This document shows, one piece after another, positions 8,968 to 18,613 of a stretch of 26,250 nucleotides of DNA. The notes beneath the pieces were generated by a model that was given only the letters and a program-made list of their open reading frames with translations, ran no database searches and had not been told where the DNA came from. Position 1 is the stretch's first letter. Each line of letters begins with the position of its first letter. The position numbers and the translations under genes are program-made. This DNA comes from a bacterium (GTDB taxonomy: Bacteria; Zhuqueibacterota; Zhuqueibacteria; Oceanimicrobiales; Oceanimicrobiaceae), in NCBI GenBank assembly GCA_046757165.1, contig JBHHXT010000055.1, positions 1 to 26,250 on the forward strand, given 5' to 3'.

Positions 8968-9747
8968 ATGCAAGAATCAGATGTGCTCTTCTGGACCTTT
9001 GTGACCGGTGTGCTGAGCGCTGCTGCGACCGGCCTGGGGGCTATCCCGGTGGCCTTTATCAGCAACAGGTCGAAAGTCGTACGGGCTTTTTCCGGTGCCG
9101 TCGCAGCGGGTATGATGATCTCAGCCTCAGTCTTCTCTCTGGCGCAAGAAGGCATTGCGCTCAAGAGCCACCGGACCTCGGCCCCGTACGAGGTCATTCT
9201 GGGTTTGCTTCTCGGCGCCGCCTTCTTCTGGTTTGTTGAAAAGAAATTTAACCATGGCGATTTTGACGTCGGTCGTTTCAGTGGCAAAGCCTCAAAACGT
9301 GGCTTTCTGATATTCCTGGCCATGTTCATTCACTCTTTTCCTGAAGGCGTGGCAATCGGAGTGGGATTTGCGACCGGTGATTTCAACTTTGGTCTGCTTA
9401 TCGCTCTGGCGATCTCGGTTCACAACATTCCGGAAGGTATCGCTATTTCTCTGCCGCTGCGAGCAGAGGGGAAATCATTTCTCAAGTGTTTTGCCTTCTC
9501 GGTGCTGTCGAGTGTGCCACAGCCGGTCGCAGCCGTGCCTGCTGCGCTGGCCGTTTGGTTGTTCAAACCGTTGCTGGCGACCGGATTGGGGTTTGCCGGC
9601 GGTGCCATGATCTATTTAGTCGTCCTCGAGCTCATCCCGGAAGCGCTGCGCGAAGGGGGACGCAGTCTGACGGCGTGGGGCGTGATGGTGGGCCTGGGCG
9701 GGATGCTTTTGATCACGACGTTACTTGGCCTGATCAATGTTCAGTGA
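8968..9747 (+). CDS. ZIP family divalent metal transporter (ZupT/GufA-like)
   Basis: AAGMMI.AS, HSFPEGVAIGV, HNIPEG.AI, GGAMIY.V..ELIPE; multiple TM helices. Confidence 0.92.
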   Translation: MQESDVLFWTFVTGVLSAAATGLGAIPVAFISNRSKVVRAFSGAVAAGMMISASVFSLAQEGIALKSHRTSAPYEVILGLLLGAAFFWFVEKKFNHGDFDVGRFSGKASKRGFLIFLAMFIHSFPEGVAIGVGFATGDFNFGLLIALAISVHNIPEGIAISLPLRAEGKSFLKCFAFSVLSSVPQPVAAVPAALAVWLFKPLLATGLGFAGGAMIYLVVLELIPEALREGGRSLTAWGVMVGLGGMLLITTLLGLINVQ

Positions 9748-9828
9748 AATCTAGCTAGCGGCACTAGCCCAGCGTTTCCGAATCAACATGCCAGATGTGC
9801 GCTGTTGGTCTATATTGGGGGGTGCTGC

Positions 9829-12060
9829 TTAGAAGTTTAGCAGATAGGTCAGCTTCGCCAAAAGGGTCCGGTTCTGGCTGCTGACGCCTGCGCCGGTGTC
9901 CCACTCCTGGTTGTAGACCAGGTAGAAATCGCTGCCGGGCGAGTGGATGAAATTGAGCAGGACATTGCTGACGATTCTTTTGTCAAAGCGATTCCACTGG
10001 ACATAGGTTTTGACAAACAGGTCCGTCGAGAATGAGTAGTTGAGCCGGCCGCCGAGGACGCTGGTGGTGAACGTATGTGCGCCCGGCAGATCGACGCTGT
10101 TCCAGTCCCAGGTCAGCTCGAGGGCAACTTTGTCATTCGGTCGCCACTGTCCGGCGAGATCCAGACCTGCAAATGTGCCATCATAAAAGCTCCCGAATCC
10201 TATGCCGGCGCTGCCCGCCAAGGTGCGACTGAAATCTGATGCATAGCTTGTGCCCAGGACATTGTAGGTATAAACGCGCGGCGCAACAAACGCCTCGCCC
10301 AGCACGAAGCCGGGCTCAGGCACTTTGTCATAGTAATTGATCAGGCCGATGAAAAAGTAGGATTCGTTGTTGAAAGTATTGAAGATGCTGGGTTGTATGG
10401 TCCGGTATTGGAGCTCGTGGTCATGGTTAGTGATGTACTCGATTCGGTAGGACAGATGGGTCTGTCTGGTGTTGAGGAAGTGTGGCCGCGGGCTGACGGT
10501 GAGCTGAAAGTTGTATTTGCGGATGTCGCGCCACTGCAAGAAGCCCATCTCCGGGTTGAAGTTTTCGCCGATGTCTGTATACGAGCCCCACAAATAGTAG
10601 CGATCGTTGCCCCAGGAGGCCTCGAGAAAGCCATTCTGGTCTTTCCCTTTCAGTCCGGGGGTGACGGTTTTGGCCAGGTACCCTTTGACAGAGACGTTGT
10701 TGTCGAATGAAAAAGTGCCGTCTACGGCAAAGGTGCGGTTGTAGTCGCCGCCGGCCACCGGATCTTTGCTCAACGCCAGAAAGCCGATAGCCGATCTCTG
10801 GAAGATATCACGCTTGATTCTGAAGGCGGAATAGTTGGTCCGGGCGATAGGTGTCGTATCCATGACCGCCGGATTCTGGGGGTCGAACCGAATGATTGTT
10901 GTCTTGTTGGTGTACACGTCCAGCAAACCCAGCTCATAATCTTCTTCCTTGCCGGTCATCTTCACCCCGCCAACAAGGGGCACTTTCTGGTCCTGGACCA
11001 GGCCAATGCGTCGACTGAAAAACAGCAAGGTAAACGGGTCGGCGTTGGTTTGTTCGCCGACGTTGAAGACGTCCAATCCTTCCAGGAAGAAATCCCGTTT
11101 TTCAGGAAAGAACAGGCTGAAGCGGGACAGATTGACCTGCTCCTGATCGGCTTCCACCTGCGCGAAATCGGTGTTGATAGTGATATCTGAAACGAGGTTG
11201 GAGGTCAGGTGCACTTTGACGTCCAGACCCGCGTCGAACAATTTGTCGGTGGGGCTGTCGAAGCTGAAGTTTTTTTCCAGACCGCCAATGGCAAACGGCT
11301 TAATCTGCACTCTGGTGTCATGCCCGATATTGCTCAGCCCGCGCAGGGTGCCAAATTTCGAGACCCTGAATTTGCCATAGTCGTCAAAGTCATCATTGCG
11401 GGAAATGGGTGACCAGTACGACTCCTCTCGCTTCCTGGGGATGTACCTGCCAAAGTTGATCCCCCAGGTTATGTCGTCCTCGTTGTCAAAGCGAAGGGTT
11501 TGAAACGGAATGGCGACCTCAGCGGTCCATCCCAGGGGGTCCCGCCGGGCTGAGCTATGCCAGATGCCGTCCCAATCCCAGTTGAGATGCGATCCCTCGG
11601 TCTTGATTTCGCAATCGAGACGCGCGCCCAGAGAGTTGGTTGCGAAATAGTACGCGTTGCGCTGGTCGTGAAAGGTATCGATGATGATTTCTACGTAATC
11701 GTTTTCCGACAAATCATAATCACGGCGCATTTCAGTGGCAACAATAGCTTTGGGGGTTTGGTCAAAACATCGAATCCCGAAGTAGATGTTGCTATCGTCG
11801 TAAGAAATCAGGATAAATGTGGGTTCGGAGGATGGGGCGCCTTCGACGGGCTCTTTCTGTGTGAAATTGTAAATGACTGCGGCGTTTCGCCATTCGTTTT
11901 TGCTCAGGATGCCATCGAGATCGGGAGCTTGCGCGATGTGACGAACGTTGACTTCGTAAGCCATATTCTTACTTCTCTTTGAGCCACTCGACCAACAGAC
12001 TCTTGGTACGCTTGTCAAGAGCAGCAATACGGCTAAGGTTTGTAAGGCGAGAATCGGCAT
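9829..12060 (-). CDS. Secreted/outer-membrane protein with a CBM9-like N-terminal domain and a DUF5916-like beta-barrel
   Basis: Signal-like N-terminus; P.LDG.L...EW, YD..NIYFGI.CFD, GWTAEVAIPF, NTDFAQVEAD, FFPEKRDFFLEG, FFSRRIG; terminal YLLNF. Start ATG 12060 or TTG 12078. Confidence 0.8.
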   Translation of the reverse strand: MPILALQTLAVLLLLTSVPRVCWSSGSKRSKNMAYEVNVRHIAQAPDLDGILSKNEWRNAAVIYNFTQKEPVEGAPSSEPTFILISYDDSNIYFGIRCFDQTPKAIVATEMRRDYDLSENDYVEIIIDTFHDQRNAYYFATNSLGARLDCEIKTEGSHLNWDWDGIWHSSARRDPLGWTAEVAIPFQTLRFDNEDDITWGINFGRYIPRKREESYWSPISRNDDFDDYGKFRVSKFGTLRGLSNIGHDTRVQIKPFAIGGLEKNFSFDSPTDKLFDAGLDVKVHLTSNLVSDITINTDFAQVEADQEQVNLSRFSLFFPEKRDFFLEGLDVFNVGEQTNADPFTLLFFSRRIGLVQDQKVPLVGGVKMTGKEEDYELGLLDVYTNKTTIIRFDPQNPAVMDTTPIARTNYSAFRIKRDIFQRSAIGFLALSKDPVAGGDYNRTFAVDGTFSFDNNVSVKGYLAKTVTPGLKGKDQNGFLEASWGNDRYYLWGSYTDIGENFNPEMGFLQWRDIRKYNFQLTVSPRPHFLNTRQTHLSYRIEYITNHDHELQYRTIQPSIFNTFNNESYFFIGLINYYDKVPEPGFVLGEAFVAPRVYTYNVLGTSYASDFSRTLAGSAGIGFGSFYDGTFAGLDLAGQWRPNDKVALELTWDWNSVDLPGAHTFTTSVLGGRLNYSFSTDLFVKTYVQWNRFDKRIVSNVLLNFIHSPGSDFYLVYNQEWDTGAGVSSQNRTLLAKLTYLLNF

Positions 12061-12087
12061 GGCATCTTTTATGGACAACCCCAGCGA

Positions 12088-12116
12088 AAATTAAACAATT
12101 CTGCAACAAAAATCAA
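12088..12116 (-). promoter_or_regulatory. Putative sigma70 promoter for the CBM9/DUF5916 gene
   Basis: Minus strand TTGATT (12116-12111), 17 nt, TAATTT (12093-12088) in an AT-rich divergent region. Confidence 0.45.
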
Positions 12117-12308
12117 AGAAAAAAAGTTATCTTCTGCGATAACAGGAAATTAGGAAATTGCCACTACGAGTAGTGAAATCAAATACTTCTTGCTTCTCAA
12201 CTTCTTTTTTGATACTTTTGAATTTTGTTTTGCAAACATGACGTCGATGTGCCGGCGGTGCACACTCGGGGCTCCGAAAAGAATACGGAATGATATCTCG
12301 GAGGTAGA

Positions 12309-13532
12309 ATGCAACTTATTGGCTGTCTCGGTCTTTTTCTTGCTCTCGCTTACAATTTCATCTCCTTTGAGTCTGGTTACGCACAATTTTCTTTTGATCG
12401 GGTAAAAGGTGACAGCGGCTTTGAATATGAGAAACCGTTTCAACTCTACTGGACCCCGCGCTATAACAGAATCGAGGGCTTGTTTGTCAATTTCGGCGCC
12501 AGGTTTCGACCCGAATCAGCGCCGGGGGTGCAATTCTATGGCGATGCTGGCTGGGGGTTCTGGAACGAATCCGGCAAGGAGTTTCGCTTCAACGCCGGCG
12601 TGCACAAAGACTTCTTCGAGTTTAACCGTCTCAGTGTTGGCCTGGATGTGTTCAAGGAGTTGGAGTCGGAAGACAACTGGATCGTGGGTGAAGTGGAGAA
12701 TTCGTTGGCCTCTCTGCTTTTCCGCGAAGATTTTAAGGACTACTATGGCATCTACGGATTTCGCCTGTATGCTGACCACAAGTTTCTAGGTCGACACACG
12801 TTGCGCGCTGAGGTGGAGCGGCGTACCTACGACGCGCTCAGAAGAAACATCGATTGGAGCGTGTTCAAAGGAGACTTTGAAGAGAATCCGGCCAGCCCGG
12901 GATCGAGAATCATCGAAGGCGATGAGCTTGGCTTCAGACTTGTCGCGGCTTTCGATTGGCGGGACAACCCGATATTTCCGCTCACAGGCTGGTACGTCCA
13001 GACCATTTATGAGCATACGGTCGATGATTTTGACACGGACGGCTTGTTTCTGACGGTCAAGCGGTTTCAGCAAACCTTTGGCACGCACCGGTTATTGCTG
13101 CGCGCTCTGCTCGGGACGCGCCGCGGAAGCCTGGCAGAGCAGCACACCATGGACCTTGGGGGCATTGGAAGTCTGCGCGCATTTGACGACAAGGAATTCA
13201 GCGGCAATCGTATGTTCCTTTTCAGTGCCAACTATCTTTTCGGCGGCGATATCCTGCAAAGAATTCCACTGCAAGAGGTGCCTCTGTTCGGGACGCTGTG
13301 GACCACACTCTCCCTGGGCGTCTTTCTCGACGCCGGACAAACGCACGTCGCCGCAGTCGATGGCGGCCTGTTGACCGAGCTGGGGGATGTCTTTGATGAC
13401 CTCGAGGCAGATGCCGGATTCTCCGTACTGGTCCTCGATGGCGTGCTTCGTCTGGATGTGGCCAGACGCACGAGCTCAGCCCCGGGTAAGAATGATTATC
13501 GCGTAACCTTCAGGTTGCTGGAGAGCTTTTGA
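12309..13532 (+). CDS. Omp85/BamA-TamA-like outer-membrane beta-barrel protein with no obvious POTRA domain
   Basis: Signal peptide, RYNRIEGLF, D.RD...FP..GW, LGG..SLRAF...EF.G, FLDAG, terminal F; GGAGG SD. Confidence 0.7.
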   Translation: MQLIGCLGLFLALAYNFISFESGYAQFSFDRVKGDSGFEYEKPFQLYWTPRYNRIEGLFVNFGARFRPESAPGVQFYGDAGWGFWNESGKEFRFNAGVHKDFFEFNRLSVGLDVFKELESEDNWIVGEVENSLASLLFREDFKDYYGIYGFRLYADHKFLGRHTLRAEVERRTYDALRRNIDWSVFKGDFEENPASPGSRIIEGDELGFRLVAAFDWRDNPIFPLTGWYVQTIYEHTVDDFDTDGLFLTVKRFQQTFGTHRLLLRALLGTRRGSLAEQHTMDLGGIGSLRAFDDKEFSGNRMFLFSANYLFGGDILQRIPLQEVPLFGTLWTTLSLGVFLDAGQTHVAAVDGGLLTELGDVFDDLEADAGFSVLVLDGVLRLDVARRTSSAPGKNDYRVTFRLLESF

Positions 13533-13574
13533 TTATCCTCGAGCTGCCCGGCACAAAGTAATTCTCGACAGACG

Positions 13575-14921
13575 ATGTATCTAATGCGCTGTAACCTTGA
13601 TTCCTTCTGCCTCAGAGTGGTGGTGCTGCTGCTGGCGTGCTGTTCACACTCTATCGGGCAGACCGCGCATCTCCCCACAGACAGCCTCCTGACACGCCCA
13701 GCGGCGCGAATTCGACTCATCCTTGTGCAGGGCAATGAAAAGACGAAGGAGGAGATCATCCTGCGCGAGATGAAGCTCAAACCCGGCGATGCGCTCGATT
13801 TTGAAGAGATGGAGCGCGACCGACTGCGTATTCAAAACCTTGGTATCTTCAACCGCGTCGAGATAGATGTCGTACCGACCAACAGTGGTGCCATTCTGGT
13901 TGTGTCCGTGAGCGAAATGTGGTACATCTTTCCTTACCCGATCATCTTCCGTAACGAACGCGACTGGAGTCGGCTCTCGGTAGGCGCGGGCTTGCTTTAC
14001 ACCAATTTTCGCGGCCGCCGCGAGGTCATCGACGTTTCCGGTTGGTTGGGCTTTAATCCGGCGGTTCGGCTCGCGTATACCAACCCCTGGGTTTTGGGGC
14101 AACTGAAGCTGTACACGAAAGTTTCTTTGTTTGCACGCCGCGTCCGCAACCGTTCGTTTACTGTGCTCGATTCTGTCGTCAACGAGAATCAAATCGGGGT
14201 CAAGTGGACGATTGGAAAGCGATTCGGCCACTTTACTTTTCTTGATGTCAGCTTCGGCTACCGGCAGCTTACCCTGTCTCCGCGTGATATTGGTGCCACC
14301 CTTTCTGCATCAGGGAGAGACCGGTTGGTCAGTCTTGGCGCGTCGTTGAGATATGACTCGCGCGACCTGTGGGAGTATGCCCACCGGGGCCATTATCTGA
14401 ACATCTGGGCGACCAAAACGGGCTGGCCCGGCAATACCATCGATTATCTACGCTACGGCGTGGACTTGCGAAAGTATGTGCCGCTTGGGAAAACTACGCT
14501 GGCGTTTCGTGCTGCCGCCAATTTGTCGGACGGCACAATTCCGCTTTACGAGCAAGTCCACTTCGGCTTTCTGACGCGCATCCGAGGCCATTTTCGCGAA
14601 CGCAGCTCCGGAGAGAATCTGATGGTCGGCAGCGCCGAGTTCAGGCTTCCCATTCTGCCGATCACCTACCACGACTGGGGACCGTTTCAGAGCATGGGCA
14701 CCTACGGTACGAATTTTCGCTTCGGGATCGGCGCCGGCTTGTTTGTCGATACCGGCAGCATCTGGTTCCAGGGGCAGAATCCTGGCAAGGACAACTTTAT
14801 CTCGGGATGGGGCGCCGGGGTCCATTTCTTTCTGCCCTACAATGGCTTGATCCGGCTGGAGTATGCTTTCGATGAGGATTGGGACGGGCAAATCGTCGTG
14901 GATGCGTTGATGACGTTTTGA
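13575..14921 (+). CDS. BamA/TamA family outer-membrane protein with one POTRA domain
   Basis: I.VQGNEKTKEEIILREM.LKPGD...RI.NLGIF..V (POTRA), NFRGR, YDSRD, IRG, EFRLPI, FVDTG, GWGAG, terminal F. Confidence 0.85.
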   Translation: MYLMRCNLDSFCLRVVVLLLACCSHSIGQTAHLPTDSLLTRPAARIRLILVQGNEKTKEEIILREMKLKPGDALDFEEMERDRLRIQNLGIFNRVEIDVVPTNSGAILVVSVSEMWYIFPYPIIFRNERDWSRLSVGAGLLYTNFRGRREVIDVSGWLGFNPAVRLAYTNPWVLGQLKLYTKVSLFARRVRNRSFTVLDSVVNENQIGVKWTIGKRFGHFTFLDVSFGYRQLTLSPRDIGATLSASGRDRLVSLGASLRYDSRDLWEYAHRGHYLNIWATKTGWPGNTIDYLRYGVDLRKYVPLGKTTLAFRAAANLSDGTIPLYEQVHFGFLTRIRGHFRERSSGENLMVGSAEFRLPILPITYHDWGPFQSMGTYGTNFRFGIGAGLFVDTGSIWFQGQNPGKDNFISGWGAGVHFFLPYNGLIRLEYAFDEDWDGQIVVDALMTF

Positions 14922-14924
14922 GGA

Positions 14925-15923
14925 ATGAAAATCCTCGGCATAGAAACCTCTTGTGATGAAACCGCGGCCGCCGTCTGGATTGGCGACCGGCTTGGCTCCA
15001 ACATCATCGCTTCTCAGGATGTTCACAAACTCTATGGCGGCGTTGTGCCTGAGCTCGCTTCCCGCGCACACGTCAGGTTGATCTGGCCACTGGTGGCGCG
15101 GGCGCTCGAGGAGGCGCAGGTGTCAAAAACAGAGCTGGACGGCATCGCTACCACCTATGGCCCGGGCCTGGCCGGTGCGCTTCTGGTCGGGCTGAATTTC
15201 GCCAAAGGGTTGGCGCTGGCTTTGCGTTTGCCGTTCATCGGGATTAACCACATCGAGGGGCATATTTTCTCGAACTCGGTTCTCGACCAGGGGCCAGTGC
15301 CGCCGTTTCTTTCTCTAATCATTTCAGGTGGCCACACACAATTGGTGCTGGTCAAAGCGTGGGGGACCTATGAGATCCTGGGCAAAACCCGCGATGACGC
15401 CGCCGGCGAGGCGTTCGACAAAGTCGCGAAAATGCTCGAGCTCTCCTACCCCGGGGGGCCGGCGATCGACCGGCTGGCCAGAGACGGTGATCCGGCTTAC
15501 GTGACCTTCCCGAAAGGCAGGTTCAAGGACACGCCGTTGGATTTCAGCTACAGCGGTCTCAAAACCGCGGTTCTGTACCACCTGAAGTCGCTCACGAGCG
15601 AAGAAAAAGGGCGCAGGAAGGCGGATATCGCGGCCAGCTTTCAGGAGGCTGCCGTACAAGTGCTGGTGGACAGGAGCTTGCTTGCGCTGGAGAGCTGCGG
15701 ACTGAACCAGTTGGCACTGGCGGGCGGTGTGGCTTGCAACAGCCTGTTGCGGCAGAAATTGCAGAACGCGAGCCAGGCAAACGACTTCCAGCTTTTCATT
15801 CCGCCGCCCGTGCTGTGTACGGACAACGCGGCGATGATTGCGCGCACCGGCAAGTTTTATCTTGAAGCTGGTGTGACCTCAGATTTTGGGCTGAGTCCGC
15901 GACCGTCGCTGCGGCTGGGATGA
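14925..15923 (+). CDS. tsaD: tRNA N6-adenosine threonylcarbamoyltransferase
   Basis: ILGIETSCDET, GGVVPELASRAH, GPGL.GAL, NHIEGH, SGGHT, DDAAGEAFDK, FSYSGLKT, CTDNAAMI. Confidence 0.97.
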   Translation: MKILGIETSCDETAAAVWIGDRLGSNIIASQDVHKLYGGVVPELASRAHVRLIWPLVARALEEAQVSKTELDGIATTYGPGLAGALLVGLNFAKGLALALRLPFIGINHIEGHIFSNSVLDQGPVPPFLSLIISGGHTQLVLVKAWGTYEILGKTRDDAAGEAFDKVAKMLELSYPGGPAIDRLARDGDPAYVTFPKGRFKDTPLDFSYSGLKTAVLYHLKSLTSEEKGRRKADIAASFQEAAVQVLVDRSLLALESCGLNQLALAGGVACNSLLRQKLQNASQANDFQLFIPPPVLCTDNAAMIARTGKFYLEAGVTSDFGLSPRPSLRLG

Positions 15924-16115
15924 GAGGATGGTGTTGTTCAGTTATTGGCATTTCGCTAGCTGGTGGCTCCTGGCCATTGTCATAAATTGGTTACACAATA
16001 GGAAGTGACACAAAGAGACTGAAAGGGTTTTCGGCGCGTTGCTCAGGGCACTGCGCAAAACCTAACAGTCTAATCGCCTACAGTCTAAACACCTGAAACT
16101 GACAAGGAGACTCTC

Positions 16116-18290
16116 TTGACAGAAATAAGCTTACAAACGGCGGGCAGCACCTTACTCCTTGTTGTGACTTCACTGCTGGCCATCGGGTTGAGTTATTTCG
16201 TTTACCGCCACACCGTCCCACCGGTCTCGACGGGCTGGCGCACCCTGTTGATCACGTTGCGTTCGCTGGCAGTCATGGCGATTCTCCTGCTTCTGTTTGA
16301 ACCGATTCTGAGCATCACTCGCAAAAAGCAGGAGAAGCCGGTGGTCGCGGTGCTCATCGACACCTCCGCCAGCATGGCGCTGGTGGACCAAAAAGTCGAT
16401 CGGCCGGCGGTGTTGCGGGAAATATTGCAGGCCGAGCTCTTCGCTTCCGATCGCCGCGACTATGAATTGGCGTTTTTCCCATTCTCTCATGCTCTGGCTG
16501 ATCGGCTGCAACAACGGCCGGACTCGCTTGCCCTGGACGATGATGGCACTGACATCAAGCAAGCGCTCGCTGATCTGCGCGAGAAACTGGCGGAGGAGTA
16601 TTTTGCCGCAGTCGTCCTAATCACGGACGGCGCCGACAATCTGGGAGAAAGCCCGGCGCGGTTTGCCGCCAGCTACGGCGTGCCGATTTATCCCATCGGC
16701 GTTGGTGATCCCTCTGAACAAAAGGACGTGCTGATCACCAACTATGTCACGAATGAAATTGCGTATGCCGGCAGCCGCGTGCCGGTCGACGTCTATGTCA
16801 AGAGCAGCGGCTTCCAGAGCAGCCGCGTGGTCGTCCATCTTGTCCACGCGGGCAAAACGCTAGACATGCAAATGGTGACGCTCTCTGGTCGAGGTCTCGA
16901 GCAAAAAGTGCGGTTGCATTTTACGCCTGAGAGCGAAGGGCTCGCAAAGTATGAAATCCGGCTGCCGCAGCTCGAAGGCGAGCTGACCACTATCAACAAC
17001 ACGAAACCCTTCTACACAAAAGTTCTAAAGAGCAGGTTGAAAATCCTAATCATTGCAGGAGGACCAAGCGCAGATTTTCTTTTTCTGAAGCGGACCTTGA
17101 AGGCCGATGCGAACATCGAAGTCGAGACCTTTGTTGAAAAGCACAAAGGGCAGTTTTACAAGACCCCGTCCTTGCCGCCTCCAACAGCGCTGGACAAAGT
17201 CGATTGCGTCGTTCTGCTGGATTACCCGCGGCGCTCATCGAATCTACAAGAATTACAAAAGCTAAGGGGCGTGCTCGCAAAGGGAAAGCCCGTCCTCCTG
17301 CTGACGGGCAGGAACGTCGACTACGAGAAGCTCTGGAATCTGAAGGAGTTTCTGCCGCTAGAGACCGAACCCTCGAAGCGGGAAGAACAATCGATCTATC
17401 TCAACGTCTTACCTCCAGGTGTGCACCACCCGCTGCTGCGCATTTCAGAGGAGGAGCTGGAGATCAAGGAGAGCTGGCAGGAACTGCCCCCCATCTTTAC
17501 CAACTTGCGCTCTTCGAAGGTCCGCTCGACCGCACAGGTGCTTGCGAGCATCGATGTTGACCGGTCGCAGGCTGTCCGGCGCAGCACGCTACCGTTGATT
17601 ACGGCCTACAACTCCGGCAAGCGCAAGTCCGTGGCAGTACTTGCATATGGCTTGTGGCGGTGGGACCTGATGATGCGAGGGGTGGGCAAGAGTGACGAGA
17701 CCTACCGCCGTTTTGTACGAAATACCGTGCGTTGGCTCACGACTCAGGAAGACAGCAAGCTGGTGCGGATTACGTCTAATAAGGAAATCTACCGCAGCGG
17801 CGAGGAAGTAGAATTCACTGCACAGGTCTATTTCGAAGATTATCAGCCCGTTGACGGTGCGGAGGTGGTGGTGCAGTTGGCCGGTGGCAAAGAGGCCCAC
17901 GAGCTCACATTGAGAAACATCGGTGACGGCCGTTATCAGGGCGGTTTCCAGGTGCTGGAAGGCGGTGATTATCAGTTCAACGGCACCGCGCATCAGCAAG
18001 GCAGGGTGCTGGGCCGTGATTCGGGCAAGTTCTCCGTTGAAGCGTTCAGCCTGGAATATCAGGACACGCGTATGAACGAAGAGCTGCTCCGGCGCATGGC
18101 CAGGGAAAGCGGCGGGACGTTTTACACGCCATCTGATTTTGGCAACGTCACCAACAAGCTAGACTTCCCACAGAAGTATGTGACGTTGAAGAGCGAATGG
18201 GAGATCTGGAACCGCACACCGATGTTGGTGCTTTGCATTCTGCTTGTCGGGACAGAGTGGTTTGTTCGCAAGCGCAAGGGGATGCTCTGA
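16116..18290 (+). CDS. Membrane-anchored vWA-domain protein with Ig-like and glutamine-amidotransferase-like regions
   Basis: Two N-terminal TM helices, MIDAS DTSASM, TD, LITDG; WRW motif, L..MARESGG, terminal TM then EWFVRKRKG; TTG start with AAGGAG SD. Confidence 0.75.
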   Translation: MTEISLQTAGSTLLLVVTSLLAIGLSYFVYRHTVPPVSTGWRTLLITLRSLAVMAILLLLFEPILSITRKKQEKPVVAVLIDTSASMALVDQKVDRPAVLREILQAELFASDRRDYELAFFPFSHALADRLQQRPDSLALDDDGTDIKQALADLREKLAEEYFAAVVLITDGADNLGESPARFAASYGVPIYPIGVGDPSEQKDVLITNYVTNEIAYAGSRVPVDVYVKSSGFQSSRVVVHLVHAGKTLDMQMVTLSGRGLEQKVRLHFTPESEGLAKYEIRLPQLEGELTTINNTKPFYTKVLKSRLKILIIAGGPSADFLFLKRTLKADANIEVETFVEKHKGQFYKTPSLPPPTALDKVDCVVLLDYPRRSSNLQELQKLRGVLAKGKPVLLLTGRNVDYEKLWNLKEFLPLETEPSKREEQSIYLNVLPPGVHHPLLRISEEELEIKESWQELPPIFTNLRSSKVRSTAQVLASIDVDRSQAVRRSTLPLITAYNSGKRKSVAVLAYGLWRWDLMMRGVGKSDETYRRFVRNTVRWLTTQEDSKLVRITSNKEIYRSGEEVEFTAQVYFEDYQPVDGAEVVVQLAGGKEAHELTLRNIGDGRYQGGFQVLEGGDYQFNGTAHQQGRVLGRDSGKFSVEAFSLEYQDTRMNEELLRRMARESGGTFYTPSDFGNVTNKLDFPQKYVTLKSEWEIWNRTPMLVLCILLVGTEWFVRKRKGML

Positions 18291-18575
18291 CAACCAGCCA
18301 GCAAACCGTCCAGCGCCTCATTCGGTAGCCACTAAAGAAGCTGCTCGAAAACCGTCGATACTCTTTCTGCCTTGTTCTATCTTCAATGCCACAGCTCACG
18401 GGTGCAACAGTGTGTCGTCCAATCTGGATTCTCCTCACACAAGTATAGTATGAACATGTAGCAGCAGATGATTTCAAGAACGCACTGGTCACCTCCAAAG
18501 AAGAGAAAATTATCTCACGATTCCTGTCGCAAAGAACGATTTTCCAGTTGAAAGACACGGTCTAACCTTGAACCA

Positions 18576-18604
18576 TTGACAATCAGTCTTGGATTATCTA
18601 TATT
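18576..18604 (+). promoter_or_regulatory. Near-consensus sigma70 promoter immediately before the TPP enzyme start
   Basis: TTGACA (18576-18581), 17 nt, TATATT (18599-18604); ATG 9 nt downstream. Confidence 0.7.
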
Positions 18605-18613
18605 CATTTTCTC

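Noticed and set aside
18291..18570. AT-richer spacer with a protein-like frame (YEHVAADDFKNALVTSKEEKII...)
   Set aside because: No start codon or family motif; possibly a gene remnant but unsupported
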